Made by a program: the position numbers and the translations under genes. From Zygnema circumcarinatum SAG 698-1b (lineage: Eukaryota > Plantae > Zygnematophyceae): a stretch of DNA of 64,000 bases. The notes below the pieces were generated by a model, which did no database searches, was not told the DNA's origin, and saw nothing but the letters and a program-made list of their open reading frames with translations. This document shows positions 51,521 to 64,000 of the stretch, piece by piece (the first letter of the stretch is position 1; each line of letters begins with the position of its first letter). The stretch is taken from positions 930,001-994,000 of the forward strand of contig CM074813.1 of the NCBI GenBank assembly GCA_037447605.1, given 5' to 3'.

Positions 51521-54500
51521 TGATCCTATGTTGCTGTAGTGAGCTTCCATTAAAAAACTTTCCATCATGCCCAGCTTCAAGCCCTTAAAACCCTAAAGTT
51601 CTAACAGTTCAAAAGCCCTAAACCTCAATAGTGCCAATTCCCGCAGATTCCCTCACCGGGCTCCGTGTACCCGAGAGATTTCGCCGCCAGTACTGCTTCA
51701 CTCAACGGCCGGCCCAACTGCAGCTCCGTTATCACAAACCCTAGAGTCCCTGCACTCCCGCCCACAATTTTGAAGCAAATTTGAGTTCAATGCAATGCCC
51801 TAAAGAAGGCACAACGGACTGCCGTAAAATATTCTGAAAAATTTACGCCTGTTGCAGTAAAGCACTAGAAATTGATCAACAGCAAAGCCCTTCAAGTTTA
51901 CAAGAACCTGAAACATTCACTTAACTTCAACAAAATACAAATCTCGTGAGAAACCTGAAGCCTCTGACACCCCACAGAGACCTAAGACTTTAAGATCTGA
52001 AACAAAACCCTAAAATTGTCAAAACGTGGAGATGCCCAAAAACTTAGAACGAATAAAATCATAGAAGAAGGCATAAAAAACGAGAGAGTGCGTGTGTGTG
52101 CGTGTTCGTGTGCGTGTGCGTGTGTGTGTGTGTGTGAGAGAGAGGGGGAGAGGGAGAGTGAGTGAGACAGAGTGAGAGGGAGGGGGAGAGAGATTGATCT
52201 GAGACAGTTTTAAAGATCTTTAGAAACCTAAACCCCTGAATTGCTTGAAAACCGACACTCTAAAACTTCCAAACCCTAATCTCTGCGCGCACCGCTGAGC
52301 GCCCCGGCAATGCGGCGGACGGGGTCGTTGGCGGCGCGGAGACGGGCGAGGGAGGCGAAGAGGGGCAGCCCTGCGCCGACCTTTCCAGCACCCCTCCCTG
52401 AACCCTTGACCAGCCAGAAAACCCTAGAAAAAACCAGAGAGAGAGAGAGAGAGAAAGGGAGAGGGAGAGAGAAAGAGAGAGAGAAAGAGAAAGAGGGAGA
52501 GAGAGAAAGAGAGGGAGAAATAGAGAGAGGAGGGGGAGAAAGTGAGAGAGAAAGGGAGAGGGAGAAAGAGAGAGAGGAAGGAAGAGGGAGAAAGGGAAAG
52601 AAAAAAAGAGAGAGGGAGGGGGAGAAAGAGAGAGAGAGAAAGGGAAAGGGAGACACAGAGAGAGGGAGAAAGGGAGAGGGAGAAAGAGAGAGAGAGAGAA
52701 AAGGAGAGGGAGAAAGAGAGGGAGAGAAAAGGAGAGGGAGAAAGAGAGAGAGCGAAAGGGAGAGGGAGAAAGAGAGAGAGAGAAAGAGAGAGGGAGAGAG
52801 AGAAAGAGAGAGAGGGAGAGGGAGAAAGAGAAAGAAAGGGAGAGGGATAGAGAGAGGGGGAGAGGGAGAAAGAGAGAGAGAGAAAGGGAGAGGGAGAAAG
52901 AGAGAAAGAGAGAGGGAGAAAGAGAGAGAAAGGAAGTGGGAGAAAGAGCGAGAAAGAAAGGGAGAGGAAGAAGGAGAGAGAGAGAGAGAGCCCCCAGCCC
53001 GTCCCCTCTATTCTGAGAGGCACTCACCGTTGACTCGTTCCGATATCGCCGACCGGCAGAAACAATTGTATCGAAACTTTCCTGTAATTAAAGTACAAGA
53101 AAAATTAGGACATGGAAAAAAAGGTGATACCTGAACCCTTCCAAAGCCCTTCCTGAGCTTGCGCCAGTTTATCCCGAACTGCCAAAAACTGCAATCAAAA
53201 CCCTAGAATTTCTATGATAATTTCGAATACTCTAACAAATCTAAAACCCTAACAACCTAATGCCCGAAAGCCTTCGAAACTCTGCATCTCCTCTAGAGCC
53301 CTAAACCCGGAAACACTCGAAAACCCATAGACCTTCTAAATTCTAAACCCTAACTCTGTTTTTGAGAAAAGTAAGCCCTCTAAAACCCACTAGAATCTTG
53401 AAAATCCTTTTTTAATAACCAAAATCTCAATAAACCCTTCTAGAACCCTAAATTCAATTTCAAAAAAAACCGACAACCCTCTTAAACCCGTTTAGAACCC
53501 CTACAACTCTACTCCCCCCCCCCCCGTCAGCCCTACCAGCGTGGCCGTGAGCGGCTTCTTATTGGCCAGCGCGACGCACGCCCCCGCGCGCACTGCCGCC
53601 TCGAGCAGGCCGTCCGTACAGGCGGCCGTACAGTCCGCGAGCACGCCCGCCCGCGCCATCTCAGCGATCTGCGCCGCCGGGGGGCGAGGGCGAACCAACA
53701 CGGACCCTGCGGGGGGGGGGGGAGGGGGAAATTGGGGGACTGGGGGGCTGGGGGGCTAGGGGGTTGGGGGTTTGGGGTTGGGGGGTTGGGGGGTTGGGGG
53801 GCTGAGGGTTGCGGTTTGGGGGTTTTGGGGTTTAAGGGTTTCGGATTTTAGGGTTTTGGTTTTGGGGTTTGTGGGGTTTTGGGGGTTTGGGGGTTTTGGG
53901 GGTTTTGAGGGTTTTGAGGGGTTTGGGGTTTTGGGGTTTTGGGGTTTTAGGGGTTTTGGGGATTTGGGGTTTTGGGGGTTTGGGGGTTTGGGGGTTTTGG
54001 GGGGTTGGGGGTTTTGAGGGGTTGGGGGTTTTGGGGTTTAGGGTTGGGGGTTTTGGGTTGTAGGGTTTTGGGTTGTGGGGTTTTGGGGTTTTGGGGTTTT
54101 GGGGTTTTGGGGTTTTACGTGATTTAGGAGTTTGGGGTTTTAGGGTTTTGGGGAATTAGGGTTTTTGGGATTTTGGGTTTTTTGGGCTTTGGGGTTTGGG
54201 GGGTTGAGATGTTTTGTGGAAGGTGGGGTTTTGAGGTTTTGGGGTTTTGTGAGTTTGTGGGTTTCGTGCTTTTTGTGGCTCTTCAAAATGCTTAGCATTT
54301 CCCAACATTCAAAGATTTTAATTCTCCAGCGTTTGCATTGCTCTTGAAACTTGAAGCATTCCCCCCATTATTAGGGTTACTGAAGCTTTGGCGCGCCGTG
54401 TTCTCTCCGTCCTCCCTCACCTTCCTGGAAGGTTCTGAGCGGCTGGTCCGCCGCCTTGTGCGCTATGATCGCTGCGATCGCCGCGTCGTCGATCTCGCTT

Positions 54501-54592
54501 TGCACCGTGTACTGCGGCACCGCCAGGGTCTCAGAGTCGCACACCGCGATCACGGAAATGTGAACGCCCTGCAAACGCAACAAAATGAAACA

Positions 54593-54644
<52 letters not shown>

Positions 54645-54954
54645 AAAACGGAAAAGAAGGGGGGGAATAGCGAGAGAAGAGATTTTGATATCTCGCCATG
54701 TTGTACCACATCCATGACACATGCACGAGCATCAATGCATGCATATGCATAGTGCAGAGACATGGATGTGTGGCACGTGTGCGTGTGCTCCGCATGGCCC
54801 CATGCATGCATGCATGCATGCCATCCATGCATGGCCCGCGCACCATGGCGGCATGCGCGTCCCGAGCCGCGCTGATGCGCGCGAGGAGCTCCCTCCCCAC
54901 GCCCCCGCACCCGAGCAGCAGCAGCGGGATTCGCGCCACGTGGTGCTCTGCCAT
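49896..54954 (-). CDS. Monofunctional homoserine dehydrogenase (At5g21060-like); 11 exons
   Basis: Exons 54954-54844, 54568-54421, 53706-53537, 53081-53028, 52380-52293, 51749-51657, 51380-51340, 51033-50980, 50585-50422, 50229-50160, 50033-49896. Rossmann motif GCGGVG, ANKKP, ESTVGAGLP, GYTEPDPRDDLSGVDVARK, GAGAG..TAAGVLAD. Confidence 0.95.
52436..52990 (+). repeat. Purine-only GAGAGG/GAGAAA mosaic in HSD intron 4
   Basis: About 550 bp that is almost entirely A/G. Confidence 0.9.
53710..54260 (+). repeat. G4-5T3-4 (GGGGTTTT-like) array in homoserine dehydrogenase intron 2
   Basis: Continuous GGGG(G)TTT(T) runs on +; C-rich on the transcribed (-) strand. Confidence 0.9.
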
Positions 54955-55452
54955 TGCTCCGCGCCGACACGTGGCTCAGGACACGTGTCGCCTCGTAAGC
55001 GCATACCCTAGCAGGCGGGCTACGCAGTGCCCCGTATGGTACTGTACGGTATCCGTGTACGGTACTGTGGCGGGTGTAAACTTTCGGAAAAAACCGGTGG
55101 ACTCGGATGTCACGGACTTTTGAATCTAGACGGTATTTGGTTCCACGTTCATCGGCCTCCTGCCAGACCGCCTTGACGGAAAATCGATATTTCCACGTGG
55201 GTAGGTTCCGCAAACAATCGGAGGAGTCCAGTGCCACGTGTACGGCATCCGACGGCTCCGCATCCGAGAAACTTTCCACGTGTCACGCCACGTCACAACT
55301 TTGGGCTCGCCACGTGGCAGCCTCGTCATCAGTCTGCCCTGAACCCTCCCCCTCGCCCACCCCCCCCCCCACCTCCTTCTGCCTCTCTTCGGCCAGCCAA
55401 ACCCTCCGCCCTGAACCCTCGTCGCCCCTCCCAGTTCCCCGCAGCAGCCGCC
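54955..55452. promoter_or_regulatory. Compact bidirectional promoter between HSD (-) and STIC2 (+), rich in G-boxes
   Basis: ATGs 499 bp apart. Six CACGTG at about 54968, 54982, 55194, 55235, 55277 and 55311, plus four GTAC near 55038-55066. Confidence 0.65.
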
Positions 55453-57944
55453 ATGGCCGCCTCCGCGCACCTCCTCTGCCCGCCCGCGGCCTCCCGCCTC
55501 GCCCTCCGCCCGCACGTGCGGCTGCCAGGTCAGCCTCCCAGCGGCTCGCGCACCTCCTTTGGTCGCTTTCGGAGCTTTAGGGTTCAGGGCTTTGGCAAAA
55601 TGGCGCCAAATGGGTTTCGCTCCTTATGGGGTTTAGGGTTTTGCGGGGTTCAGGGCCCTCCTCCCCCTCGCAGTGCCGCCAGCGCGCTCGGGGCACTCCT
55701 CAGATTGTGGGCCTCTTCGGAGGGCGCAAGGACGACCAGGGGGACATGGAGAAGAAGGTTTTTTTTGGCCCCTTTTCTGCTATTAAGACTATTTTATGCA
55801 ATTATAATATACATACGAAAGAACTCCTGAAATTGAACGAATAATGTGAAGCAATCGTCAATGGATGCGACCTTTGGGAGGAGGGCGGGCAGCAGGGATT
55901 GTTCGGGACTGTGAAGGAGTCGATTTTAATCGTTTGAATAAATCACATGCGTAGTTTTCAGTCGAGATTTTAACTACATTGGGGTTTTGGAAATGGGTCT
56001 TTTGGGAAACAAGCAGGCGGGCCTTTTGGGCAACTTGCAAGGGCTGGGCAACATGCAAGGGCTGTTTGAAACCGTGAAGAAGGCGCAGCAGGTGGTGCAG
56101 GTGGAGGCGGTCAAGGTCCAGAAGGAGCTCGCAGAGTACGCTGTTGCTTTCTAATCAATATTCACACTTTTTACTATTTGCTCACTGACATATTCTGGCT
56201 TTTCTCATAGTTAATGGGTTTTTCTTACTTTTTCGTATGTTGTCTTGTATGTTTATTTGGGTCTCTGCGGAACATTTTCCATCCTTTGTTTTACATGCTC
56301 TATGTGGCGCATGCTTGGGACCCCTTTTTTTTTTCACAGTTTCTAAGTTAGTTTCCCCTGTTTATTTATTTTTTTGTTTTTTTTCGATTTCAGGGCGGAG
56401 TTCGATGGATATTGTGAAGGTGAACTCGTGAAGGTGATAATCCTTCAAACTCGACATTTTGGATAATTGAATTTTTTTGAATGGGCCAAACTGTTTCCGT
56501 CTGAACGGGGGAGGTTATGAAGAAGGTGGTGAATGTTCTCTCCCTCTCTTTTTCCTCCCCTTTTCCGTTTCCTCTCCTGTTCCTTCTTTTTCACAAACTA
56601 GAGAAACCAAATTTTATTCTTCTGATCGGGCTCTCCCAATCTCCTCCCACCCTTCTTTCTCATTTCGTTTTTCTATTTCTCCCTGAATCTCTCATGTCGC
56701 CGCATACCTCTCCCTTTCTCGATCTTCTTTCTCCCATCATGTCTGTCTTATCGCTTCTCTCCCCCCATCTGCACCATCCTGTCCCGTACTCTCTTTTCAT
56801 TCTCTCCTCTCCCTCCCCCTATCTCTTCCCCTCTATCTCTATTCCGTCTCCTACATGTCTCTCTTCTCTCACTCTCCCCTTTTTTTTCTCTTTTCTATCT
56901 CTTTCTCATCTTTTCTCTACTTCCCTGTGCCTTTCCTCTTAATCCCCTTGACTTTACGAGGGTGCAGGTGACTTTATCAGGAAACCAAGCCCCTTGTCGG
57001 GCGGAGATCACAGAGGAGGCCATGACTCTCGGTGCAGAGGTGCTTCCTTTTTGTGGACCTGTTATTTGGTCTTCTTCTTTTAATGCAATCATTTTTCTGG
57101 TACTTGTTTGAAAAGTTATCAGAAAGGGCTTCCAAAAGCATTACAAAAAGGGTTACAAGAAAAGAAAAATTCTAATTGTAATGCGTATATTCTTTGGAAG
57201 CAGAAATTGTCAGCGTTGGTGACGGAGGCATACAAGGATGCCCACAGCAAGAGTGTCGCGGTACGGTTTTATCTCTCCCTTGACTTCTTGAACTCGAAAA
57301 AGTCCTGACAGACAATCACTGGAATTAAAATTTTCAAGTTCCTGAAACTCATCAAAATAGTGGGAGGCTGCTGTACCCTAGACAACCCTTTAGTAAGCCA
57401 TCGAACCAAAGAAATGCTGAACCTCTTAGTAACCACAAGCGGCAGTGGCGGAGGAACTTGTTTGGTTGGGTCAAGACCACGGTTGGCTCATGGAATCATG
57501 CACGCATGCAGAATTCTTCAGATGGGCTTTCTTCTGTTGGGGGAGGGGAGATTAGCCCGGAAAGGGAAATGATGACATGGCGGAAAAAAGGGGCGGGTGG
57601 AAAGGGAGAGGGGGGGGGGGCAGCGAGGGAGGGAGGGAGGGAGGGAGGAAGGGAGGTGGATGGGGAAGGGGGACAGAGAGGAGGTAGGTGTGTGTGTATC
57701 TAGAGGGTTTTTCTTGTAGATATTTCCTCCCCCTTACCATCAACTGTAGGGCTTAAGGTTGGAGATATTTTGTTTTGTAATTCCCGGGCGCTCTCGTTTT
57801 GCAAATTATTTCAGTGTTGGATTGGAGGTGTAGAGGACTGTTTTCCACATTGTTAAAAACTAAATTGGCCTTTTTCTTGGTGAGCAGGCTATGAAGGAGC
57901 GGATGAGGGACCTCGCCTTGAAAATGGGCGTTCCGGAGATGTAG
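55453..57944 (+). CDS. STIC2: Plastid YbaB/EbfC-family nucleoid-associated protein (STIC2/STCL-like); 7 exons
   Basis: Exons 55453-~55528 (donor uncertain), 55654-55757, 56017-56135, 56394-56433, 56968-57039, 57204-57260, 57888-57944. The segments NMQGLFETVKKAQQVVQVEAVKVQKEL, EFDGYCEGELVKVTLSGNQ, LVTEAYKDAHSKSV and AMKERM match At2g24020/At4g30620. Confidence 0.92.
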
Positions 57945-59076
57945 GTAAACTTTTTTTCCGGGCAGAATTTACCGTTATGGGTTTGCGGTCTTCAGGCATC
58001 GTCAGTGCGCAGTTACAGCAGAGGAAGAGAAGAAAATCTAAAAGAAAAAATTAGAAAACCAGAAATGACAGGACCATAATGAACCAGCGGTGTGCCTTAC
58101 GGTCTCACCTCGTTTGCAAAGCGATCTGCTAATTTTTTTGAGGATGTATGTTTCAATTAAGGCCCCTATGCAGAGGTGTATTGAAACGGTTCTGTTGCAG
58201 GGTAGAGAGAAACAATGACATTCCACGCGGGATTAGAACCAAAATTGGCAAAAAATGAAAAGAAGAAAGTTTGTAAAGGGGTTGATTTGGAAGTGGTTAC
58301 GCAATGATGGGAGCTGCTCTTGAATGCCACTCCTTTTTCTTGTCAACTTCACTTTGCCTCCTCCCCGTCCACCTCCCCCTCCCAAAGCAGAGGTCGGATA
58401 CAATCACAGGTTGCTGCATTGGCTTACCGTTCGCTGCAAGAAAGCAAGATGCCCAATGACACAGAGATGGTTTTCGAGGTCCTAATCGTGACGAGGATCA
58501 TGAACACAGTTTTGAACTATATTCACAATTTTTCCGAACCCTGAATCCGTCACAAATAAAAATGAATGAGGAAACCAGAGAGTAGTTTTTGGTTTGAGGA
58601 AATAAAGCAGGAGTTAAAGAAAGTGACTGCTCTCAGCCACAAGAGGAAAGAACAGGCAGAAAAACAACAGTGGAAGTGGAGAAAGGAAGAAAACCTGAGA
58701 TTTCAATTTTTTTAACATAGGTGAGCTCTAGCGGATGGATTCCGAACAAAAGAAAGCGCCGAAGGGCCCTATTCCAGCAGTTTTTCTCCTTTCAGAAGTT
58801 TCCTACGCAAATCTAGCCCTCATAATGATGGAAAAACCGTGACCAATATAATAATAATGGCGGCTATGCTCCCTGCCTTATGCAGGTCGCTGCCCCCTCA
58901 CCATCCTTTGTCTTCCAAGATTCACAGGTTTTCGTTCACCATTAACTTGAAACATCCGTCGCATCCCATATGTACTCAGCCGTTATGTCGTGTCACGTCA
59001 CGTCACGCCACCGATACACCTTGTCACTCCAAAAATTGACAGCTAGCCATGTCTTGTCACGTCTTGTCACGACTTG

Positions 59077-62000
59077 TCACTTCACAACGATGGACAACAC
59101 CGCGCTGTCCCCCAAGGGCTTTTCATTGGGTCCATCGTACCCTCCCACAACGAGCATTTCCGTGTTGCTCAGTCGAACGGCCTTGTGGTTGTACCGTTCA
59201 ATGGGGTTGAGGGGTGTGGGGTCGTTTCCAAGAAGGAGCAAAACGTTCCCCCAAAGCCCGAGCGGGGCCATCACCACCGGCAGCCATTGGAGCCCCCTCG
59301 TGGGTCCCGGAGCCCCTCCAGAGAGCCACGCCGTCTCCAGTGCATGGCTGCAGAGTCAAGTCAGGTCAAGTCAAGTCAAGTCAGGTCAAGTCAAGTCAAG
59401 TCAAAGGTAATAAGCAAGACTGGAGCACTTTCATACGAACATGTCTCCCCTAATCACTTGGACCACTTTCGTTGAATGATGCTTTACTAACAGCCCTGCT
59501 GAGCAACTGCAATCGCTTTCCTCTGCTCTCGTCCATACTCTTTTTTTCCTCACCCTCTTTCCACTGACCTCTTCCTCTCCCCTTTCTGTCGTGTCTGACT
59601 GTCCTATTTCCCCAGCTATATTTTTTACCCCCATTCTCTCCCTTTCTCCCTCCTGTATTGAAAGGGGCCGAGTCCATTGATGCATGCTTACATGTCGCCT
59701 TCCACCACTCCCTTGTCGACAGTGCCTCCATGTATAACCAGCTTTGAGCCTAATACTGCGGCAGCATGGCCTGACCGAGGGGTCGGAGTACCCTCTGCAC
59801 AAAAGACAGGCGGGGGAGGGACAGAAAGTAGTGACAAATAGGGAAGGAGAGAGGGCACAAAACAAAGTATTATAGGTTACATCAATAATCACTTCAGCTT
59901 AGAAATTACAGGACGACGATGCGCTCTGACTGTGACGTTAGGGCGCTGTGCCCTCCAATGGGAGAGCTAGAGAATAAGACATTAGTGAGCGAGACACGGG
60001 AGAATGGTACAAGGAGACGGAAAGAGATGGATAGGGAAGGGGAGAGAGAGGGCGACGGGAGAAACGGGAGGGAAGTAGGATGAGCAGCAGCACACCAACG
60101 AATCCTACAAGGAGCAGCACTTACAGGTTGGGCTGAGAACATACCAATAGCATCAAGCTCCTCTTCAGGTGTTCCGAGGCCAAGTTCATTCTGACATCAA
60201 AACGGAGCCACAGACTAACCATCAGCTTTGCAAAATGAAGTAGAGAAACAATGAAAAGGAGAAATGTTTGCCTCTATGAGAATGTCAGCATATTGAGAGA
60301 TGGCCTTGTGTGTAAGAGAAAGGGAGAGGTGTTTTGATGGATAAAATAAAAGCGAGAGTAAAAGAGAAAGCGATGGAAGAAGCTTACATACGACTAAGCA
60401 ACTGAAGTAGACACCTAGAAAGCCGAGGAAAATAAACCGATACCTTGAGCTTTATGTAGCATGCTTCCAAGTCGTCGTTCACAAACGTATGATTGAAGAG
60501 GTTAGTATCTTTGCCCTTTTCCAGCTCTGCCCGAGCATTCCGTAGTCGCTTCTCAATTTGGGCTTCCGTTTCCGTTCCTCTGCAAATTTAAGTAGAAAAA
60601 GAAGAGGAATTCAATCAAATAGAAACAGCAACCACAGCAATCTTTATCCCTCAGTATCATATCTGAGATCTGCCTCAACTTCTTACTGCTATCTCCCGCG
60701 TCTTCTCTCTTCTTCTCTTCTCTCTCTTCTTTCTGCTCTCCCCGCCGTTTCCCCCCTCCCCCCCACACGCACATTATGTGCCTACCTGTACATCACACAA
60801 TTTGTGATCGCACACCCATCTAAAATGAATGACAGTCGTATGAAATAGTAGAAAAGAGATGCTAACTGAAAACAATCAACACAAAATACCAAAGAGAAAA
60901 AAAATGCGCCAAGGATCGGCACCATCATCTCCCTCAACCAGAATCTGAATAATCGCATGAATGAAAATCACTGACCGTCCACGTAAACGTTTCTCCAGTT
61001 CCTCATAGGAGGGTGGAGCAATGAAAATAAATACTGCCGGAAGGCCGCTATTCTTCACTTGCTGGGCCCCTTGCACATCAATATCAAGAATGCACATCTA
61101 CCCCGCCACACATTCCCAGAGACATCCAATAAGAGCCAGAAAAAAAATCTGCTTCTTCAGCTGCTTCTCTGAAGTTCACGTGAACCACCTGCCATACAGG
61201 TAGTAGCATCTGGTCTGGGTCCTTTCAAGAAGAAAAAACATGTGATTTCATCCTGCATGCTTGCATATCCTCAGCAGGTGATCTTTGTATCAAGCAGGAA
61301 GGGGTGGACGATGACAGTGAGGGCAACGGGTGAGCGTGGGGCATGGCGTAAGGGAGGTGGGAAGAGGGAGAGAGAGAGAGGGGAATGGCTAAGGAAGAGG
61401 ATTTCCTTTAACATCCATCATTTCAGATGCATAAACCATTTCGTACCTTGCCCGAGTCTGTTACTTGCTGTACTGCCGCCACACTCGTTCCGTACATGTT
61501 GCCATGCACGTCTGCAGATTCCAGGAACTTTCCCGCCTTGACCTGTGGTTCCATCCAATCTCTGGTAGTGAAGTGGTAGTGTATTCCATCTATCTCTCCC
61601 TCTCTCGGTTTCCTTGTTGTGTGGCTCACTGAAAAGCCACAACGGCTCGGGAATTCCTGCATTAATTTGCCAATTAGAGTTCCCTTTCCCACACCGGAAG
61701 GGCCACAAATAACCACAGGAGTCGGAATAGGGCCGTTTGAAGCCTTGCTCCATGCCACGACCTCCGTTCCTTTAGCTTCACGTTGTTCCTTCACATAGGG
61801 TGTGTCCACCTACAAACATGTCGTCCAGTGAAGAGGAAGAAGACCAAGGAAGAAGAGGACGAGGGAGGCAAAGCAAAGGGAGAGAAATGGAGATGAGAAG
61901 GGAAGAATAAAAAGGTATAGGAACAAAACAGATGAGATGAGTGGGAGCAACAACGGCTGAGGACGAGACTTCAGATCCTCATGCCATATACATAGTCCAT

Positions 62001-63957
62001 ATCCTACATCCCATACCGCCTTGTTTCATGAATCATTCACTACCCGATTTTGTCAATACGGTCTGTACATTTTTTGTGGACATTTTTACATTTTGTCCAT
62101 ACCATCACAGAAAATAAATAAAGTTGTTCTACCTCAATAAACCTCACCTCAAGGAACCAGGTGTCGTTTAGCGGTTTCTCTCCGTACCCTCCGAAAAGAA
62201 GAATGCGTTCTGTTCCAATAGCTTCTGCCGTATGTCCACACCTCGCAGGAGGAGGGCCTCCGAGAACCATCGGCTTTATCCTGTGATTTGCAATCATGCA
62301 CTGAGAACGCTATATTAGGAAGTCTGAGATGGTCAACAAAAACTAGAAGAACTCTGAACGAACTTTATGATTGCGTCGTGAAACTCAGATGAGGCTTCTT
62401 CCCTCCTTGTTTCTTCTTGCACGAATAAGTAATGTGGTAATTTGTACCAGGCTCGAGTTCGTGTATCCAAAATATGAACGTCATTGAAAGATGCATCATC
62501 TCCGTGGCCTCCAATAACATACTGCAGCCAAACAGAGAAGTGTCAGAGCAGATATGGTTTTCAAAGTGCATAAAATCCGGCTTTCTGCTTAACTAGCACT
62601 TTTCTTCTCGGAAGTAAACTTACCCATTAACTTGTATTCACTGAAAGCTGTTTCCATCATTTTTTTTTGTTCATTCATGCATTCATTCAAACGTTGCTTC
62701 CATCGCTCATATTCCATCGTAAACTGTCAGGACAAAAGCTCCAAAACACCTCAAGCACAGCGAGTCATGGTGCAAGATAGAAACAGGGATGAGTGAAGAA
62801 ACGGACAATGCGTGTCCCAATTGTCGTTGCTGTGTGGGAAGAGCGCGGTGCAGGAGCCTCTCCTGACAGCACCGGCATGGTCCATGTGCCCTCCTCCGTT
62901 TCCAATTCCAGCACATCTCCCTGCACCCGCAGTCGCCACCTGGCCGAAATTTAAATGAATGATTTCATACAAAATTTGTTCAGCTGCAAGAAAAGGATTA
63001 AAAGTTACATTATTTTTGCATTTCGTTGTCCTTTTCATATGTTTGAACTCTGCAGGCATGGCTGGGACTTACTGGGCTGCCAACTCACCAACGTCTTTTC
63101 TCCACCAAAGCCTCCAATGACGAATATTGAACTTCCAACAGCTGTAAATAAAAAATTACGAATGGAATTCGACTTGGAAAGAGTTAGCATAAAAATACAA
63201 AAAGCCATATACTCCTCGATAAGATGAGCATCCTCGCGAAACAGTAAAATGGTGAACAAATACATCATAATTCATAGTTCTTCCTCAAGAAATACTTCAA
63301 TAGTTGAGACATCCAGTTAAGATAAATGGATTTGAAAGGGAAAAAAAAAGGAAAATAAAACCTCATTACATCTAATGAAAATGCGCCGTGGTGCCTAGAG
63401 AAATGCATTACACTTCCTGTCAAAACCTCCGTGACGTCCAAAGGAATGATTATTAACTGACTGACATCGGCAAGATGCATTGATTGACCTCAAAAAACGA
63501 ATGCTACAAACCTTGAGTGGGTCTGAAACTGCATACAATCCACCATAGCATTACACATGAACTGGCGTCACATAAAATTTCGAAAACTCTAACAACCAAG
63601 TTGGCTTCCTTTTGTATCACATAAAGATTCAAAACTTAGACTTTAGCCAAAATTTCTCTTATAATTTGGTGCTTCGTTTTCTCTCAAGTTTATCACAAAT
63701 CCACCGTAGCCTATCGTAGTGCTGATAAATAAAACAAACGTTAACGTAGGTTATAAAGGTACTGAAAAGGTTGCAAAAAATGACTGCAGGTTCAAGTGTT
63801 TTTTCAAATTTCTACTTTGGTTTATTGTTCAAACTAACCCGAATGGGTCAATAAAGACAACCCTCAGAACGTGCTCAATCGTCATAAACATGATCCACAC
63901 GTAATACAAGTGATAGTGTACAATTCCAACCTCACCTGCTGCTGCATGGCTTCCCCG
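59077..63957 (-). CDS. GK: Guanylate kinase (plant cytosolic GK1/2 type) with N- and C-terminal kelch repeats; 5'-partial
   Basis: GK core exons ~61812-61446 ([27 protein letters not shown]), 61097-60976 ([10 protein letters not shown]) and 60579-60444 ([15 protein letters not shown]). Kelch exons upstream near 63957-63936, 63139-63089, ~62918-62805, ~62522-62449, ~62281-62149, and downstream near 59795-59695 and 59350-59077 (stop TGA). Some boundaries near 59930-60190 are uncertain. Confidence 0.9.
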
Positions 63958-64000
63958 CTGCAGGGCTCCCGCCTCGACTCCCTCAACAAGGGATGTTGGG

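Noticed and set aside
54377-55279. 300-aa ORF as an N-terminally extended HSD
   Set aside because: It reads through promoter and intron 1 (TTTC repeats) and is out of frame with HSD exon 1; only the exon 2 part is real coding sequence.

Overview
Eukaryotic nuclear DNA from a green plant lineage. It is most consistent with a streptophyte (zygnematophycean-like) alga; this is inferred from land-plant-type gene families, GC-rich exons, GT-AG introns and TTTAGGG-type repeats. Twelve intron-containing protein-coding genes were reconstructed by hand from splice sites. In order they are: mitochondrial ATP synthase subunit e (-, partial), peroxisomal glycolate oxidase (-), bifunctional nuclease BBD/DUF151 (+), RAY1-like GT77 arabinofuranosyltransferase (+), PPM1G-like PP2C (-), BSD-domain protein (-), RabA/Rab11 GTPase (-), plastid alkenal/one oxidoreductase (+), FtsHi1 (+), stand-alone homoserine dehydrogenase (-), STIC2/YbaB-EbfC protein (+), and a guanylate kinase flanked on both sides by kelch repeats (-, 5'-partial). 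Most long ORFs in the supplied track are artefacts of GA/CT microsatellites and telomere-like arrays. Notable non-coding structure: (1) a ~1.4-kb 47-bp minisatellite in which each unit carries two MSA/MYB3R-type YCYAACGG cores, with a 611-bp higher-order duplication; (2) two Ac/Ds-type hAT MITEs with TIRs and 8-bp TSDs; (3) a foldback element; (4) telomere-derived arrays in opposite orientation on either side of FtsHi1 exon 7; (5) G-quadruplex-prone intron arrays; (6) dense GTAC clusters in most promoters; (7) many purine-rich 3' splice sites. No CRISPR array, rRNA or tRNA was found.
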